From a bacterium (GTDB taxonomy: Bacteria; Patescibacteriota; Patescibacteriia; JACQSD01): a DNA stretch of 42,936 bases. Under the pieces are notes generated by a model, which worked only from the letters and a program-made list of their open reading frames with translations, made no database searches and was not told the origin of the DNA. Location: the NCBI GenBank assembly GCA_030648795.1, contig JAUSHC010000022.1:1-42936 (forward strand). The letters run 5' to 3'. Below are positions 8,846 to 17,357 of this stretch, piece after piece. Position 1 is the first letter of the stretch, and each line of letters opens with the position of its first letter. The translations under genes were made by a program, and so were the position numbers.

Positions 8846-10294
8846 ATGACAAACATACACGGCGGGCGCATTGCGCGAAACACGATTTTTATTATTGGAG
8901 CACTCGTTGGGCAAAAGGTGCTTTCTTTTGTTTATTTCACCATCGTCGCTCGAGTCATGGGAGTGGAGGACACGGGGCGATATTTTCTTGCGGTTTCTTT
9001 CGGACTTCTTTTTTCGGTGCTTGCGGATCTTGGTTTAGCGCCGTTTCTTGTTCGTGAATCATCGAAGCTGCGTGAAGGAATTACGTCACAACTGCGCGGG
9101 ATCCTTGGGTTCAAAGCGCTCTTGCTCGTCGTAGCGTTTGTTAGCATGAACGGCATTGCTTTCGTCGCATCATATCCGCCGATTACGCGGCAACTTATTG
9201 CGCTCGTTTCCGTGAGCATTCTCTTTGAGTCGTCAAATTTGACACTCTATTCCATTTTGCGCGGATGGCAGCGGCTTGAATTTGAATCAATAGGGATCGT
9301 TGTCGGGCAGGCAATTTCGCTTTGTTTTGGAGTGGTGACTCTTTTCTTTTTTCATTCGCTGCATCTTTTGGTTGTTGGACTTATTTTGGGGAACGTCGCA
9401 AATTTTTTGTGGGCGACAATGCTCATGCGGCGGTTTCATGTCCCTCTTAGCTTTTCTTTTTCGAAAAGCGCGCTGCGACAGACGTTCATGGCGATTATTC
9501 CATTTGCGCTTGCGGCAGTATTTACTCGCGTGACGGGATTTGTGGATAGTTTTTTACTTTCCATCTTCGGAACGGAAACAATGGTGGGGTTGTATAGCGT
9601 GCCGTTCAAAGTGACGTTCGCATTGCAATTTATTCCTTTGGGTTTTGCCGCCTCACTTCTTCCCGCAATGAGCGCGCTTGCTGAACATGATAAAAAAGCG
9701 CTTGCGCGAACATTCGCAAAATCGTCGCTGTATCTTTTCTTTATTGTCTTGCCTGTTGCGTTTGGGATCGCGGGACTCGCGGATCGTATCATTCCCGAAG
9801 TGTTTGGCGCGGCGTATCAAAATTCGGTGCGCGCGCAACGTCTACTTGTTCTCTCACTCATTTTTATTTTCCTTAATTTCCCCATTGGATCATTTCTCGT
9901 TGCAGTGCGCAGGCAATCATTGAATACGACATTGTTAGGAGTGGCGATGGTTGCGAATATTGTGGTGAATATGCTTTTGATTCCGCGATTTGGTATCATG
10001 GGACCTGCAGTTGCGTCACTTGTTGCGAATGCACTGTTGTTCTCACTCGGTTTCTTTTTTGTCGCGCGATCTATTTCGCTCCCGTACGATGATATACTTC
10101 ATGGATCAGTGAAAGCACTTGTCGCGGGAAGCATGATGGTTGCGACGATCACGGCGACGAAGACGTTATTTCCACTTCTTGTTGTGATTGCGCTTGGCGC
10201 AGTCGTATATGGTGGCGCGATGTTGATGTTTCGGGCCGTTACTGTGGTCGAGATTAAAAGTCTTTTACAATCTTTACGAGGTCGGACCTCATAA
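8846..10294 (+). CDS. Wzx-type polysaccharide flippase (MOP superfamily)
   Basis: IARNT start, DLGL motif, many TM helices, LLIPRFGIMG; heads the glycan cluster. Confidence 0.88.
   Translation: MTNIHGGRIARNTIFIIGALVGQKVLSFVYFTIVARVMGVEDTGRYFLAVSFGLLFSVLADLGLAPFLVRESSKLREGITSQLRGILGFKALLLVVAFVSMNGIAFVASYPPITRQLIALVSVSILFESSNLTLYSILRGWQRLEFESIGIVVGQAISLCFGVVTLFFFHSLHLLVVGLILGNVANFLWATMLMRRFHVPLSFSFSKSALRQTFMAIIPFALAAVFTRVTGFVDSFLLSIFGTETMVGLYSVPFKVTFALQFIPLGFAASLLPAMSALAEHDKKALARTFAKSSLYLFFIVLPVAFGIAGLADRIIPEVFGAAYQNSVRAQRLLVLSLIFIFLNFPIGSFLVAVRRQSLNTTLLGVAMVANIVVNMLLIPRFGIMGPAVASLVANALLFSLGFFFVARSISLPYDDILHGSVKALVAGSMMVATITATKTLFPLLVVIALGAVVYGGAMLMFRAVTVVEIKSLLQSLRGRTS
10277..10291. repeat. 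REP-like 15-nt quasi-palindrome forming the flippase 3' end
   Basis: cgaggtcggacctca; near-identical copy at 12454. Confidence 0.6.
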
Positions 10295-10299
10295 ACCGT

Positions 10300-11388
10300 A
10301 TGCGACGCATACTTCTTCTGACTCTCGAGTATCCTCCTGATCGCGGGGGGGTTGCGCGATATTACGGTGGGCTCGTTGGCGCCATGCCCGCGGGCTCTGT
10401 TGTTGTGATGCGCGCGAGACTTTCACGTTGGATCTGGCCACGGTGGTTGCCATTGCTGTGGCAAGTGTGGCGAACAGTGCGTCGTGAAAAGATTACCGAA
10501 ATCTGGGGCGGGCATTTGCTTCCCCTTGGTACGGTTGTGTACCTATTAAAAAAATTACTTACTACAAACTACAAACTACAAACTACAGTATTCGTGCACG
10601 GCTATGATCTTCTGCTCGCCGAAACCCATCCGCGAAAACGAATGATCGCTCGACGCATTTTGAATTCCGCGGATCGCATTGTGACGAACAGTGAATATGG
10701 GAAAAGTTTGGTTGTCGCTCGAGGTATTTCGGAAGCGAAAGTGACTGTCGTGTATCCTTGTCCTACCGCGGTTTTCTCCCCCTTTGCAAGGGGGAGTGAG
10801 AGGGGGTTGAGAGAACGTTATCATCTCGAAGACAAAAAAATTCTCTTGACCGTGGCGCGTTTAGTAGAACGAAAGGGGATTGATTTGGTGTTGGAGGCGC
10901 TGAAAAAAATAGATAATCCCAACATCGTATATGTGATTATTGGTGACGGGCCGGAAAAAGAAAAATTAAACTTACAACTTACAACTTACAACTTATCCGC
11001 CTTACTTGTTGGCGCAGTTTCTGATAAAGCACTTTCTATGTGGTACGCGTTGTGTGACGTATTTATTATGACGCCACGAAAGATTGGTCCGGATGTGGAA
11101 GGATTCGGGCTTGTGTACCTTGAAGCGAATGCATTTGGGAAGCCGGTGATTGGCTCGCGTACCGGTGGCGTTCCGGAGGCGGTCGTGGATGGCGAAACCG
11201 GATTGCTTGTAAACGAAGGTGATGTTGATGGTATTGCGAAAGCGATCGAGCGATTATTTTCAGATGACGCATTGCGAAAAAAACTTGGCGAACAAGGTCG
11301 TACGCGGGTAGAGCAAGAGTTTCAGTGGGAGACACAGGCACAGATATTGTTCGAGCGTAGTCGAGAACTTCCTTTTGGAGAGGGGTGA
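10300..11388 (+). CDS. Glycosyltransferase family 4 with three in-frame mini-inserts
   Basis: YPPDRGGV, VARLVERKG, EGFGLVYLEA, GGVPEAV. Confidence 0.93.
   Translation: MRRILLLTLEYPPDRGGVARYYGGLVGAMPAGSVVVMRARLSRWIWPRWLPLLWQVWRTVRREKITEIWGGHLLPLGTVVYLLKKLLTTNYKLQTTVFVHGYDLLLAETHPRKRMIARRILNSADRIVTNSEYGKSLVVARGISEAKVTVVYPCPTAVFSPFARGSERGLRERYHLEDKKILLTVARLVERKGIDLVLEALKKIDNPNIVYVIIGDGPEKEKLNLQLTTYNLSALLVGAVSDKALSMWYALCDVFIMTPRKIGPDVEGFGLVYLEANAFGKPVIGSRTGGVPEAVVDGETGLLVNEGDVDGIAKAIERLFSDDALRKKLGEQGRTRVEQEFQWETQAQILFERSRELPFGEG
10561..10587 (+). repeat. Heptamer tandem repeat (ACTACAA)x3.9, in frame
   Basis: Encodes TTNYKLQTT. Confidence 0.85.
10776..10808 (+). repeat. In-frame hairpin element
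   Basis: ctccccctt-tgc-aagggggag then tgagagggggtt; encodes SPFARGSERGL in the GT-B interdomain linker. Confidence 0.7.
10970..10995 (+). repeat. Heptamer tandem repeat (ACTTACA)x3.7, in frame
   Basis: Encodes NLQLTTYNL. Confidence 0.85.
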
Positions 11389-11396
11389 AAAAGAAA

Positions 11397-11430
11397 TAAA
11401 AAAATGCCTCGGCGCGCGTGGCGACGAGGC
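11397..11430 (-). terminator. Intrinsic terminator for the small minus-strand ORF
   Basis: Minus strand reads gcctcg..cgaggc then attttttt. Confidence 0.5.
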
Positions 11431-11471
11431 GAAGTAGGGGACGTAGAAGAGACACGAAAATGAGAGTTACT

Positions 11472-11651
11472 TCAGACCTTTTTTGGACAAGGTTCAGTGG
11501 GAGTGGAAGGATCTGTGGTAATGACGATACGCCAATATAAGGCAGGGGCGAGTACGTTCATTACCTCTGCGTGCGCCCAATTGTAACCAGGTGGTACTGC
11601 CCTTTTGTGCGTTTCGTGAACTTCTTTGTGTCCAGTTTTTTCGTCCGCCAT
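11472..11651 (-). CDS. Small hypothetical protein (59 aa)
   Basis: MADEKTGHKEV...; GAGGGAGA upstream; fills an intergenic gap; terminator downstream. Confidence 0.45.
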   Translation of the reverse strand: MADEKTGHKEVHETHKRAVPPGYNWAHAEVMNVLAPALYWRIVITTDPSTPTEPCPKKV

Positions 11652-11692
11652 GGCTCTCTCCCTCAAGATTGGCTCGTGAAATTTTCCCCTTG

Positions 11693-11701
11693 TGCTAGAA
11701 T
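11693..11701 (+). promoter_or_regulatory. Extended -10 promoter with very short leader
   Basis: TGcTAGAAT 11 nt before ATG 11713. Confidence 0.5.
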
Positions 11702-11712
11702 AACAGATATCT

Positions 11713-12456
11713 ATGCCAGTGACAATCAGCATCATCATTCCAACCTATAATCATCGTGTGGCGCTTGAAAAGTGTCTTGCGAATATTGCGGTTCAGACGT
11801 TTAGGGATTTCGAAGTGATTGTGGTGGATGATGGCTCGACGGATGGAACAAATGAGTGGCTACAAGCCATGAAGAATCATGAATTAGGAATTAGGAATTA
11901 TGGAAAAGATCTCCCTGATTCATTATTCATTATTCATAATTCGTCCAACAAAGGCGCTCCTGCCGCCCGCAACGCAGGTTTGCAAAAAGCAAAAGGGGAG
12001 TATATTCTTTTTTGCGACGCGGATGTTGTGATGCAACCGAACATGTTGCAGAAAATGTACGACGCATTGCAAGCGCATCCGGAAGCGTCGTATGCGTACT
12101 CGTCATTTACATTCGGATGGAAAAAATTTATACTTTGGCCGTTTGATGGCGAGAAGTTACAGCGCATGCCATATATCCATTCCACGTCACTCATTCGGCG
12201 CGTGCATTTCCCCAAAGTCGGTTGGGATGAATCGTTGAAACGTTTACAAGACTGGGATTTATTTTTAACGATGTTAGAGGAGGGGCATACAGGCGTTTGG
12301 ATTCCTGATATACTGCTTACTATTACCGTACGCCGTGGTGGTATTAGTAACTGGCTACCATCATTTCTCTATAAATTTCCGTTTTTACCGAGCGTGAAAA
12401 AATATAAAGCGGCAGAGTCGATTGTTCGTAAGAAACATAAAATTTCAATGTTATGA
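11713..12456 (+). CDS. Glycosyltransferase family 2
   Basis: ISIIIPTYN, VVDDGSTDGT, ARNAG, FCDAD, LQDWD. Confidence 0.93.
   Translation: MPVTISIIIPTYNHRVALEKCLANIAVQTFRDFEVIVVDDGSTDGTNEWLQAMKNHELGIRNYGKDLPDSLFIIHNSSNKGAPAARNAGLQKAKGEYILFCDADVVMQPNMLQKMYDALQAHPEASYAYSSFTFGWKKFILWPFDGEKLQRMPYIHSTSLIRRVHFPKVGWDESLKRLQDWDLFLTMLEEGHTGVWIPDILLTITVRRGGISNWLPSFLYKFPFLPSVKKYKAAESIVRKKHKISML
11874..11942. repeat. Heptamer-built hairpin insert, copy 1 (in frame)
   Basis: gaatcat gaattag gaattag gaattat .. ctgattc attattc attattc ataattc; 69 nt. Confidence 0.85.
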
Positions 12457-12487
12457 GGTCGGACCTCGTAATGGAGATCCGACCTCG
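12454..12487. repeat. REP-like doublet of 15-nt quasi-palindromes
   Basis: tgaggtcggacctcg-taat-ggagatccgacctcg, overlapping the GT2 stop codon. Confidence 0.65.
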
Positions 12488-12496
12488 ACAGTTTGC

Positions 12497-14047
12497 ATGA
12501 AAAAGTTTTTTTCTTTTTTTTGGGGCATTGTTCGATCCTACGGCGAGTCGTTTGTTGAAGCGATCGGGGAGAATGAATACACGCAGGAGTTCAAAGAGCG
12601 CTATCCGCGCGTCTTTCGTTTTGTAAAAAATCGTTTATCGCCGCGCGAATATCTTGGACTCCATCTCACTATCGGATTTTTTATTGCGCTTTATCTCACC
12701 AATCAATGCATCGAGCTCATTACCTCCATTGTCCGCAATACGGAGCTTGCACAGATTGATGTCAACATCATCACGTTTCTCACCGCGACGCGAACGGGCG
12801 TTCTCATGAAGCCTATGTTTTTTTTCACGGCACTTGGCAACTGGCCGACGATTGCATTGTTTTTTCTTTTTTTCGCAACACTGTGGATTTGGCAGAAGCG
12901 GTGGTTTCGCGTGTGGATGCTTTTTTTAACCATGGCTGGAAGCGAAGCGATCGCCATACTCATGAAAATTTTTATTGCGCGTCCACGACCGGATTCTGCA
13001 GGCGCGCTCCTTCTTGAAACAACCTATAGCTTTCCGTCGGGGCATGCGCTTATTGCGCTGTCATTTTACGGATTCCTTACATACATATGGTTGCGCGAGC
13101 GACGACATATTGTGACGCGTATCGTCATATTTCTTTTTGCGGCTTTCACTATAGTGGGAGTGGGGGTGAGTCGCATTTATCTTGGTGTGCATTGGCCGTC
13201 GGATGTGCTTGGCGGGTATCTTCTTGCGCTTATCTGGTTGACCGTCATTGCGACTGCCGCTGACCTGCGAAAACGTTTTGTGCGTGAGCGGCACTATCCG
13301 ACAGAAACACTTTTTCCTTTTCGATGGATTGCCCCTCTGCTTATTGTATTCGGATCGGCTGTGTTGGTGTATGTTGTCGCGTTTGTTGCGCGTCCGCATT
13401 TTGAGCCGTCGGCGTTGCATCGGCATATTGATATTACCGGGACGGAGAGCGCCACTTCTCTTGACGCCGCAATGTTAGACAACCTCCCAAATATAAGCGA
13501 AGGGTTGACCGGGCGTTCGCTCGAACCGGTGAATCTCATTTTTATTGGCAATGCAGAGGAAGTGGACAGCGCCATGACAAAGGCAGGATGGTTTCTTGCG
13601 GAACAAGTGACACTCAAATCGTCTTGGGATATTTTTCTTCGGGTACTCCGGAACAGATCATATCCGACCGCCCCGGTATCTCCCGCATTTTTGTATGATC
13701 GACCGCAAGATAGCGCGTGGCAAAAGCCGACGGAAAAAAATTCTCCGCGTGAACGCCACCATATTCGTTTGTGGCGTGATGAGCGCTATACAATTGATGG
13801 CAAGGCGCTTTGGGTGGGGACCGCAAGCTTTGACGCGGGTATACGACTTACAGCGACCATACGGATTCCCACGCATCGCATCGCGCCGGCGATTGATGTG
13901 GAACGGGATCTCGTGGTGAGTGACTTGCGGCGTGTTGGAGCGATTCAAAAAGAAGAATCGGTGCAGCGCTATGATCCATTTCTAGGGGTTAATGCGATTG
14001 GAGATCAGTTTTTCACCGATGGGAAGGCGGTGATTCTATCCCTATGA
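12497..14047 (+). CDS. PAP2 phosphatase fused to an LssY-like C-terminal domain
   Basis: KIFIARPRP, SFPSGH, SRIYLGVHWPSD; EPVNLIFIG, RHHIRLW; ATG 12497. Confidence 0.88.
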   Translation: MKKFFSFFWGIVRSYGESFVEAIGENEYTQEFKERYPRVFRFVKNRLSPREYLGLHLTIGFFIALYLTNQCIELITSIVRNTELAQIDVNIITFLTATRTGVLMKPMFFFTALGNWPTIALFFLFFATLWIWQKRWFRVWMLFLTMAGSEAIAILMKIFIARPRPDSAGALLLETTYSFPSGHALIALSFYGFLTYIWLRERRHIVTRIVIFLFAAFTIVGVGVSRIYLGVHWPSDVLGGYLLALIWLTVIATAADLRKRFVRERHYPTETLFPFRWIAPLLIVFGSAVLVYVVAFVARPHFEPSALHRHIDITGTESATSLDAAMLDNLPNISEGLTGRSLEPVNLIFIGNAEEVDSAMTKAGWFLAEQVTLKSSWDIFLRVLRNRSYPTAPVSPAFLYDRPQDSAWQKPTEKNSPRERHHIRLWRDERYTIDGKALWVGTASFDAGIRLTATIRIPTHRIAPAIDVERDLVVSDLRRVGAIQKEESVQRYDPFLGVNAIGDQFFTDGKAVILSL

Positions 14048-14065
14048 ATTTCTAACGGGACGGGG

Positions 14066-14141
14066 TTCACCCCGTTAGAAGCCGCCCTGCCAACGGCAGT
14101 GCTACAGGCACCTCGGGGCGCCTTGCCTCTAACGGGGTTCA
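14066..14141. mobile_element. MITE-like 68-nt element, copy 1 (intergenic)
   Basis: TTCA-ccccgttaga...tctaacgggg-TTCA; 60/68 identical to the copy at 17349. Confidence 0.75.
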
Positions 14142-14194
14142 CAACACAGAAAAAAAAGAGTATGATAAAAGCATTCTAATCTCTCTACATATTT

Positions 14195-15313
14195 ATGCCT
14201 CCAGCAAAATCTATTTTTACCCACGGCGGTGTTGCGCAGTCATCAGAGAAGAAAGAAGTCAAGGAAGCACAGAAAGCGGGTATCTGCGTTGTTTTGAAAA
14301 AGCGCGATAAGTCCTTTTTGCGGCATCATGCGGATACGCCGGAGGAGTGTCTCCCGGTGCTTGCCACTGCTCATCTTTCATGGGTCGATTTTGCCGTTGA
14401 GGACGTGTATCGCGATGGAAAGGTGATCGCAAAAACGTTTGGGTTCTCTAATGAGCTCGTCGGACGTATTCTCTCTGATGACAAGTCAAACTATTATGAT
14501 TTTAATGAAGAATTCGGCATGCGCTTTCCTTCGGTGCGTGTTGATAAATTGAACGTGGAGGTTATTCCTTTGGCAATCTTTGTGCATAAAGGACTCGTAC
14601 TTACGATACACGCAGAGACGTCCAATCGTCTTGTAAAATTCTCTCGATATGCAGATAGTTTTTTTCAGAAAATTCCAAAAGAGGCAGGAGAGCCTGAACA
14701 GCTGACAATCCTCCTTGCCCGTATCATTAACGAAAATAATGATCGAAACTTTGATTATCTTCGGGATCTTGAAGAGCAAGGTGACGCGCTTTCATCACAG
14801 CTCGTGAAAAATGAGATAGAGCGGGAAAAGGTGGGGCAAGACGTCTATCGCATGAAGCATGCGCTTATCCGCTATTTGGATACGCTTTGGGTGAGCCTTG
14901 ATGTTATTAGCGCACTGCGACATGGCGATCCGAATTTATTGACGAACGATAAAGAAATTTTGCGACAGTTTACACTCATGGCGGATGATATAAACCGTCA
15001 GATCCAGCTTTCAGAACATATGTCTTCCGTACTTGTTTCGGGATTAGAAGTCATGCAAACGATTTACAACAATCAATTGCAGGTATTGAATAATCGCATG
15101 ACGCACGTGATGACATGGTTGACGGTACTTGGCACTGCGGTGTTGGTGCCGAATACGCTTGCAACGGTGATGAGTTCACTTTCTGATTTACAGCCGATGC
15201 ATCATCTTTGGTATATTTCTATTCTTGTCCTTTCGACTCTTGTGTCGACTGTCGGCGCGTATTGGTGGGTGAAAAATAAGGCGCGCTTACCGGCAAAGAT
15301 GAAAGAAGAATAA
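14195..15313 (+). CDS. CorA-family divalent cation transporter
   Basis: SWVDF, VLTIH, long coiled stalk, NNQLQVLNNRMTHVMTWLT and two C-terminal TM helices; GMN absent. Confidence 0.8.
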   Translation: MPPAKSIFTHGGVAQSSEKKEVKEAQKAGICVVLKKRDKSFLRHHADTPEECLPVLATAHLSWVDFAVEDVYRDGKVIAKTFGFSNELVGRILSDDKSNYYDFNEEFGMRFPSVRVDKLNVEVIPLAIFVHKGLVLTIHAETSNRLVKFSRYADSFFQKIPKEAGEPEQLTILLARIINENNDRNFDYLRDLEEQGDALSSQLVKNEIEREKVGQDVYRMKHALIRYLDTLWVSLDVISALRHGDPNLLTNDKEILRQFTLMADDINRQIQLSEHMSSVLVSGLEVMQTIYNNQLQVLNNRMTHVMTWLTVLGTAVLVPNTLATVMSSLSDLQPMHHLWYISILVLSTLVSTVGAYWWVKNKARLPAKMKEE

Positions 15314-15318
15314 TCATT

Positions 15319-16335
15319 ATGTCGCAACCTATTTTCGATCAAAAAATTATTCTCGTCACCGGAGGCGCTGGATTTATCGGTTCTTTCTTGTGCGAAGAGC
15401 TTGCAAAGAACGCTACAGTAATTTGCGTTGATAATTTTGTATCGGGATCGCAGACGAACATCGACGCGCTTTTCCGCAATCCGAATTTCATTTTTTTGAA
15501 GCACGATTTGCGCGAGCCATTTGATCCGGAAGCGTTTCCGGAACTTGAACGCCTGAAGATTAAATTTCAAGGAATTCAAGAGATTTATCATCTTGCGTGT
15601 CCGACATCGCCGAAAGAATTTGATAAATATAGAATTGAAACACTTGAAGCAAATTCCGTAGTAATGAAGCACGTGCTTGATCTGGCAGTGAAGTACAAAT
15701 CGAAAGTCGTGAATGCGTCATCGTCGGTTGTATACGGTCCGCGTCCAGAAGAAAATGCGTTTTTTGTTGAAGAGTATCTTGGTTCGGTTGATTTTTTAAG
15801 TCCGCGTGCGTGCTATGACGAAGGAAAGCGGTTTACGGAAACCATGGTTGCCACCTATGCGCAAGTGCATGGTGTTGATGGGAAGAATGCACGTATCTTT
15901 CGAACGTATGGTCCGCGCATGCGTTTGTTTGATGGGCAAATGATTCCCGATTTTATTACAAACGCGCTCGACGGAAAAGATCTGGTGATTTATGGTGACG
16001 AAACATTTTACACATCGCTTGTGTATGTGACGGATGTGGTGGAGGGACTCGTAAAACTTATGGCAGCGCCGAAAGATATCGGTTCAGTGAATATTGGTTC
16101 GGATCAAGATTTAAAATTAGCAGAGGTTGCAAAAATGATTATTGAGTTGACGAAATCTTCTTCGAAAGTTGCATTTGAAGAGCCGCTTCTTTTCATGACG
16201 CCGCTCGGGCTTCCGGATCTTACGAAAGCGAAAGAGCGTTTGGGCTGGATTCCGATTGTGACATTGGGGCAAGGGCTTACAAAGACGATTGAATATACCA
16301 TGGCGAACAAAACAATATTAGGGATGCGCTCGTAG
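15319..16335 (+). CDS. UDP-glucuronate decarboxylase-like NAD-dependent epimerase/dehydratase
   Basis: TGGAGFIGS, IYHLACPTSP, RACYDEGKR, ARIFRTYGPRM. Confidence 0.92.
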   Translation: MSQPIFDQKIILVTGGAGFIGSFLCEELAKNATVICVDNFVSGSQTNIDALFRNPNFIFLKHDLREPFDPEAFPELERLKIKFQGIQEIYHLACPTSPKEFDKYRIETLEANSVVMKHVLDLAVKYKSKVVNASSSVVYGPRPEENAFFVEEYLGSVDFLSPRACYDEGKRFTETMVATYAQVHGVDGKNARIFRTYGPRMRLFDGQMIPDFITNALDGKDLVIYGDETFYTSLVYVTDVVEGLVKLMAAPKDIGSVNIGSDQDLKLAEVAKMIIELTKSSSKVAFEEPLLFMTPLGLPDLTKAKERLGWIPIVTLGQGLTKTIEYTMANKTILGMRS

Positions 16336-16344
16336 AGATTCTGT

Positions 16345-17022
16345 ATGAAACGTGTCGCGGTGATTCCTGCGTATAATGAAGAACGAACGATAGGGACGGT
16401 GCTTTCCGAGCTCCGTCCGTTTGTGGATGCCATGATTGTGATCGACGATGGGTCACGTGACGCAACTGCGGCGATTGCAGAGCGCGAAGGTGCGATCGTT
16501 TATCGACATTTTTTAAATCGTGGGTTGGGGGCGGCATTGGGGACTGGCATGGAAGTTGCGCTGCGCCAGGGTGCTGATGTTCTTATTACGTTTGATGCGG
16601 ATGGACAGCATCGCGCGAACGATATTCCTGCAATCGTTGCTCCACTACTCCGTGGTACGGCAGACGTTGTTATTGGTGTGCGCACAAAAAATAAGCATGC
16701 GATGCCTGTCGGAAGGCGCATCGCGAATACGATGGCGAATGTCATTACTTTTTTTCTTTTTGGTATTTGGACGTCGGACAGTCAGTCAGGGTTTCGCGCG
16801 TTTACGTCCCAAGCGGCAAGAGCGCTGGATCTCGCGCGCTATCATTTTGAGAATATGGAAGTATCGAGTGCAATTCTTTCTCAAGTTGCGCGCCATAAAC
16901 TTCGTTTTTTTGAGGTGGCGATCGAGCCTGTCTATACGTCCTATTCACTTTCAAAAGGGCAGGGATTTCGTGAAGGGATTCGGACGTTTGTTCGTTTAAT
17001 TATCTATCGCGTTCTCCACTGA
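16345..17022 (+). CDS. Glycosyltransferase family 2 (DPM1-like polyprenol-phosphate glycosyltransferase)
   Basis: IPAYNEE, DDGSRD, FDADGQH, DSQSGFRAF. Confidence 0.92.
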   Translation: MKRVAVIPAYNEERTIGTVLSELRPFVDAMIVIDDGSRDATAAIAEREGAIVYRHFLNRGLGAALGTGMEVALRQGADVLITFDADGQHRANDIPAIVAPLLRGTADVVIGVRTKNKHAMPVGRRIANTMANVITFFLFGIWTSDSQSGFRAFTSQAARALDLARYHFENMEVSSAILSQVARHKLRFFEVAIEPVYTSYSLSKGQGFREGIRTFVRLIIYRVLH

Positions 17023-17357
17023 TGCTTATTCAATACCTTCTTATTCTTTTTGTCTTTTTTGCGTTGTCCCGAGTGGTGATGCGCGCGAAGGCACATGAAA
17101 TAACGACGCGCGAATTTTTATTTTGGTTCTTTTTTTGGTTGTGTGCGGCGATCGTCATTGCATGGCCGAATAGTTTGAATCGCTTTGCGGATGTTCTTGG
17201 CGTCGGGAGGGGGGTTGATGTCGTACTGTACGCTGCACTCGTGATTCTTTTTTATGTGGTGTTCCGTATTTTTACTCGCATCGAACGGATCGAACGCGAT
17301 ATCACGTTGCTTGTTCGGCGAAAGGCGTTAGAAGAAAACGACCATGAACCCCGTTAG
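17022..17357 (+). CDS. DUF2304 family membrane protein
   Basis: LGVGRGVD, IERDITLLVR; typical partner of DPM1-like GT2. Confidence 0.85.
   Translation: MLIQYLLILFVFFALSRVVMRAKAHEITTREFLFWFFFWLCAAIVIAWPNSLNRFADVLGVGRGVDVVLYAALVILFYVVFRIFTRIERIERDITLLVRRKALEENDHEPR

Noticed and set aside
12422-12496. ORF-track N-terminal extensions (also at 890, 18470, 20681)
   Set aside because: They overlap upstream genes or repeats; downstream ATGs give typical N-termini.
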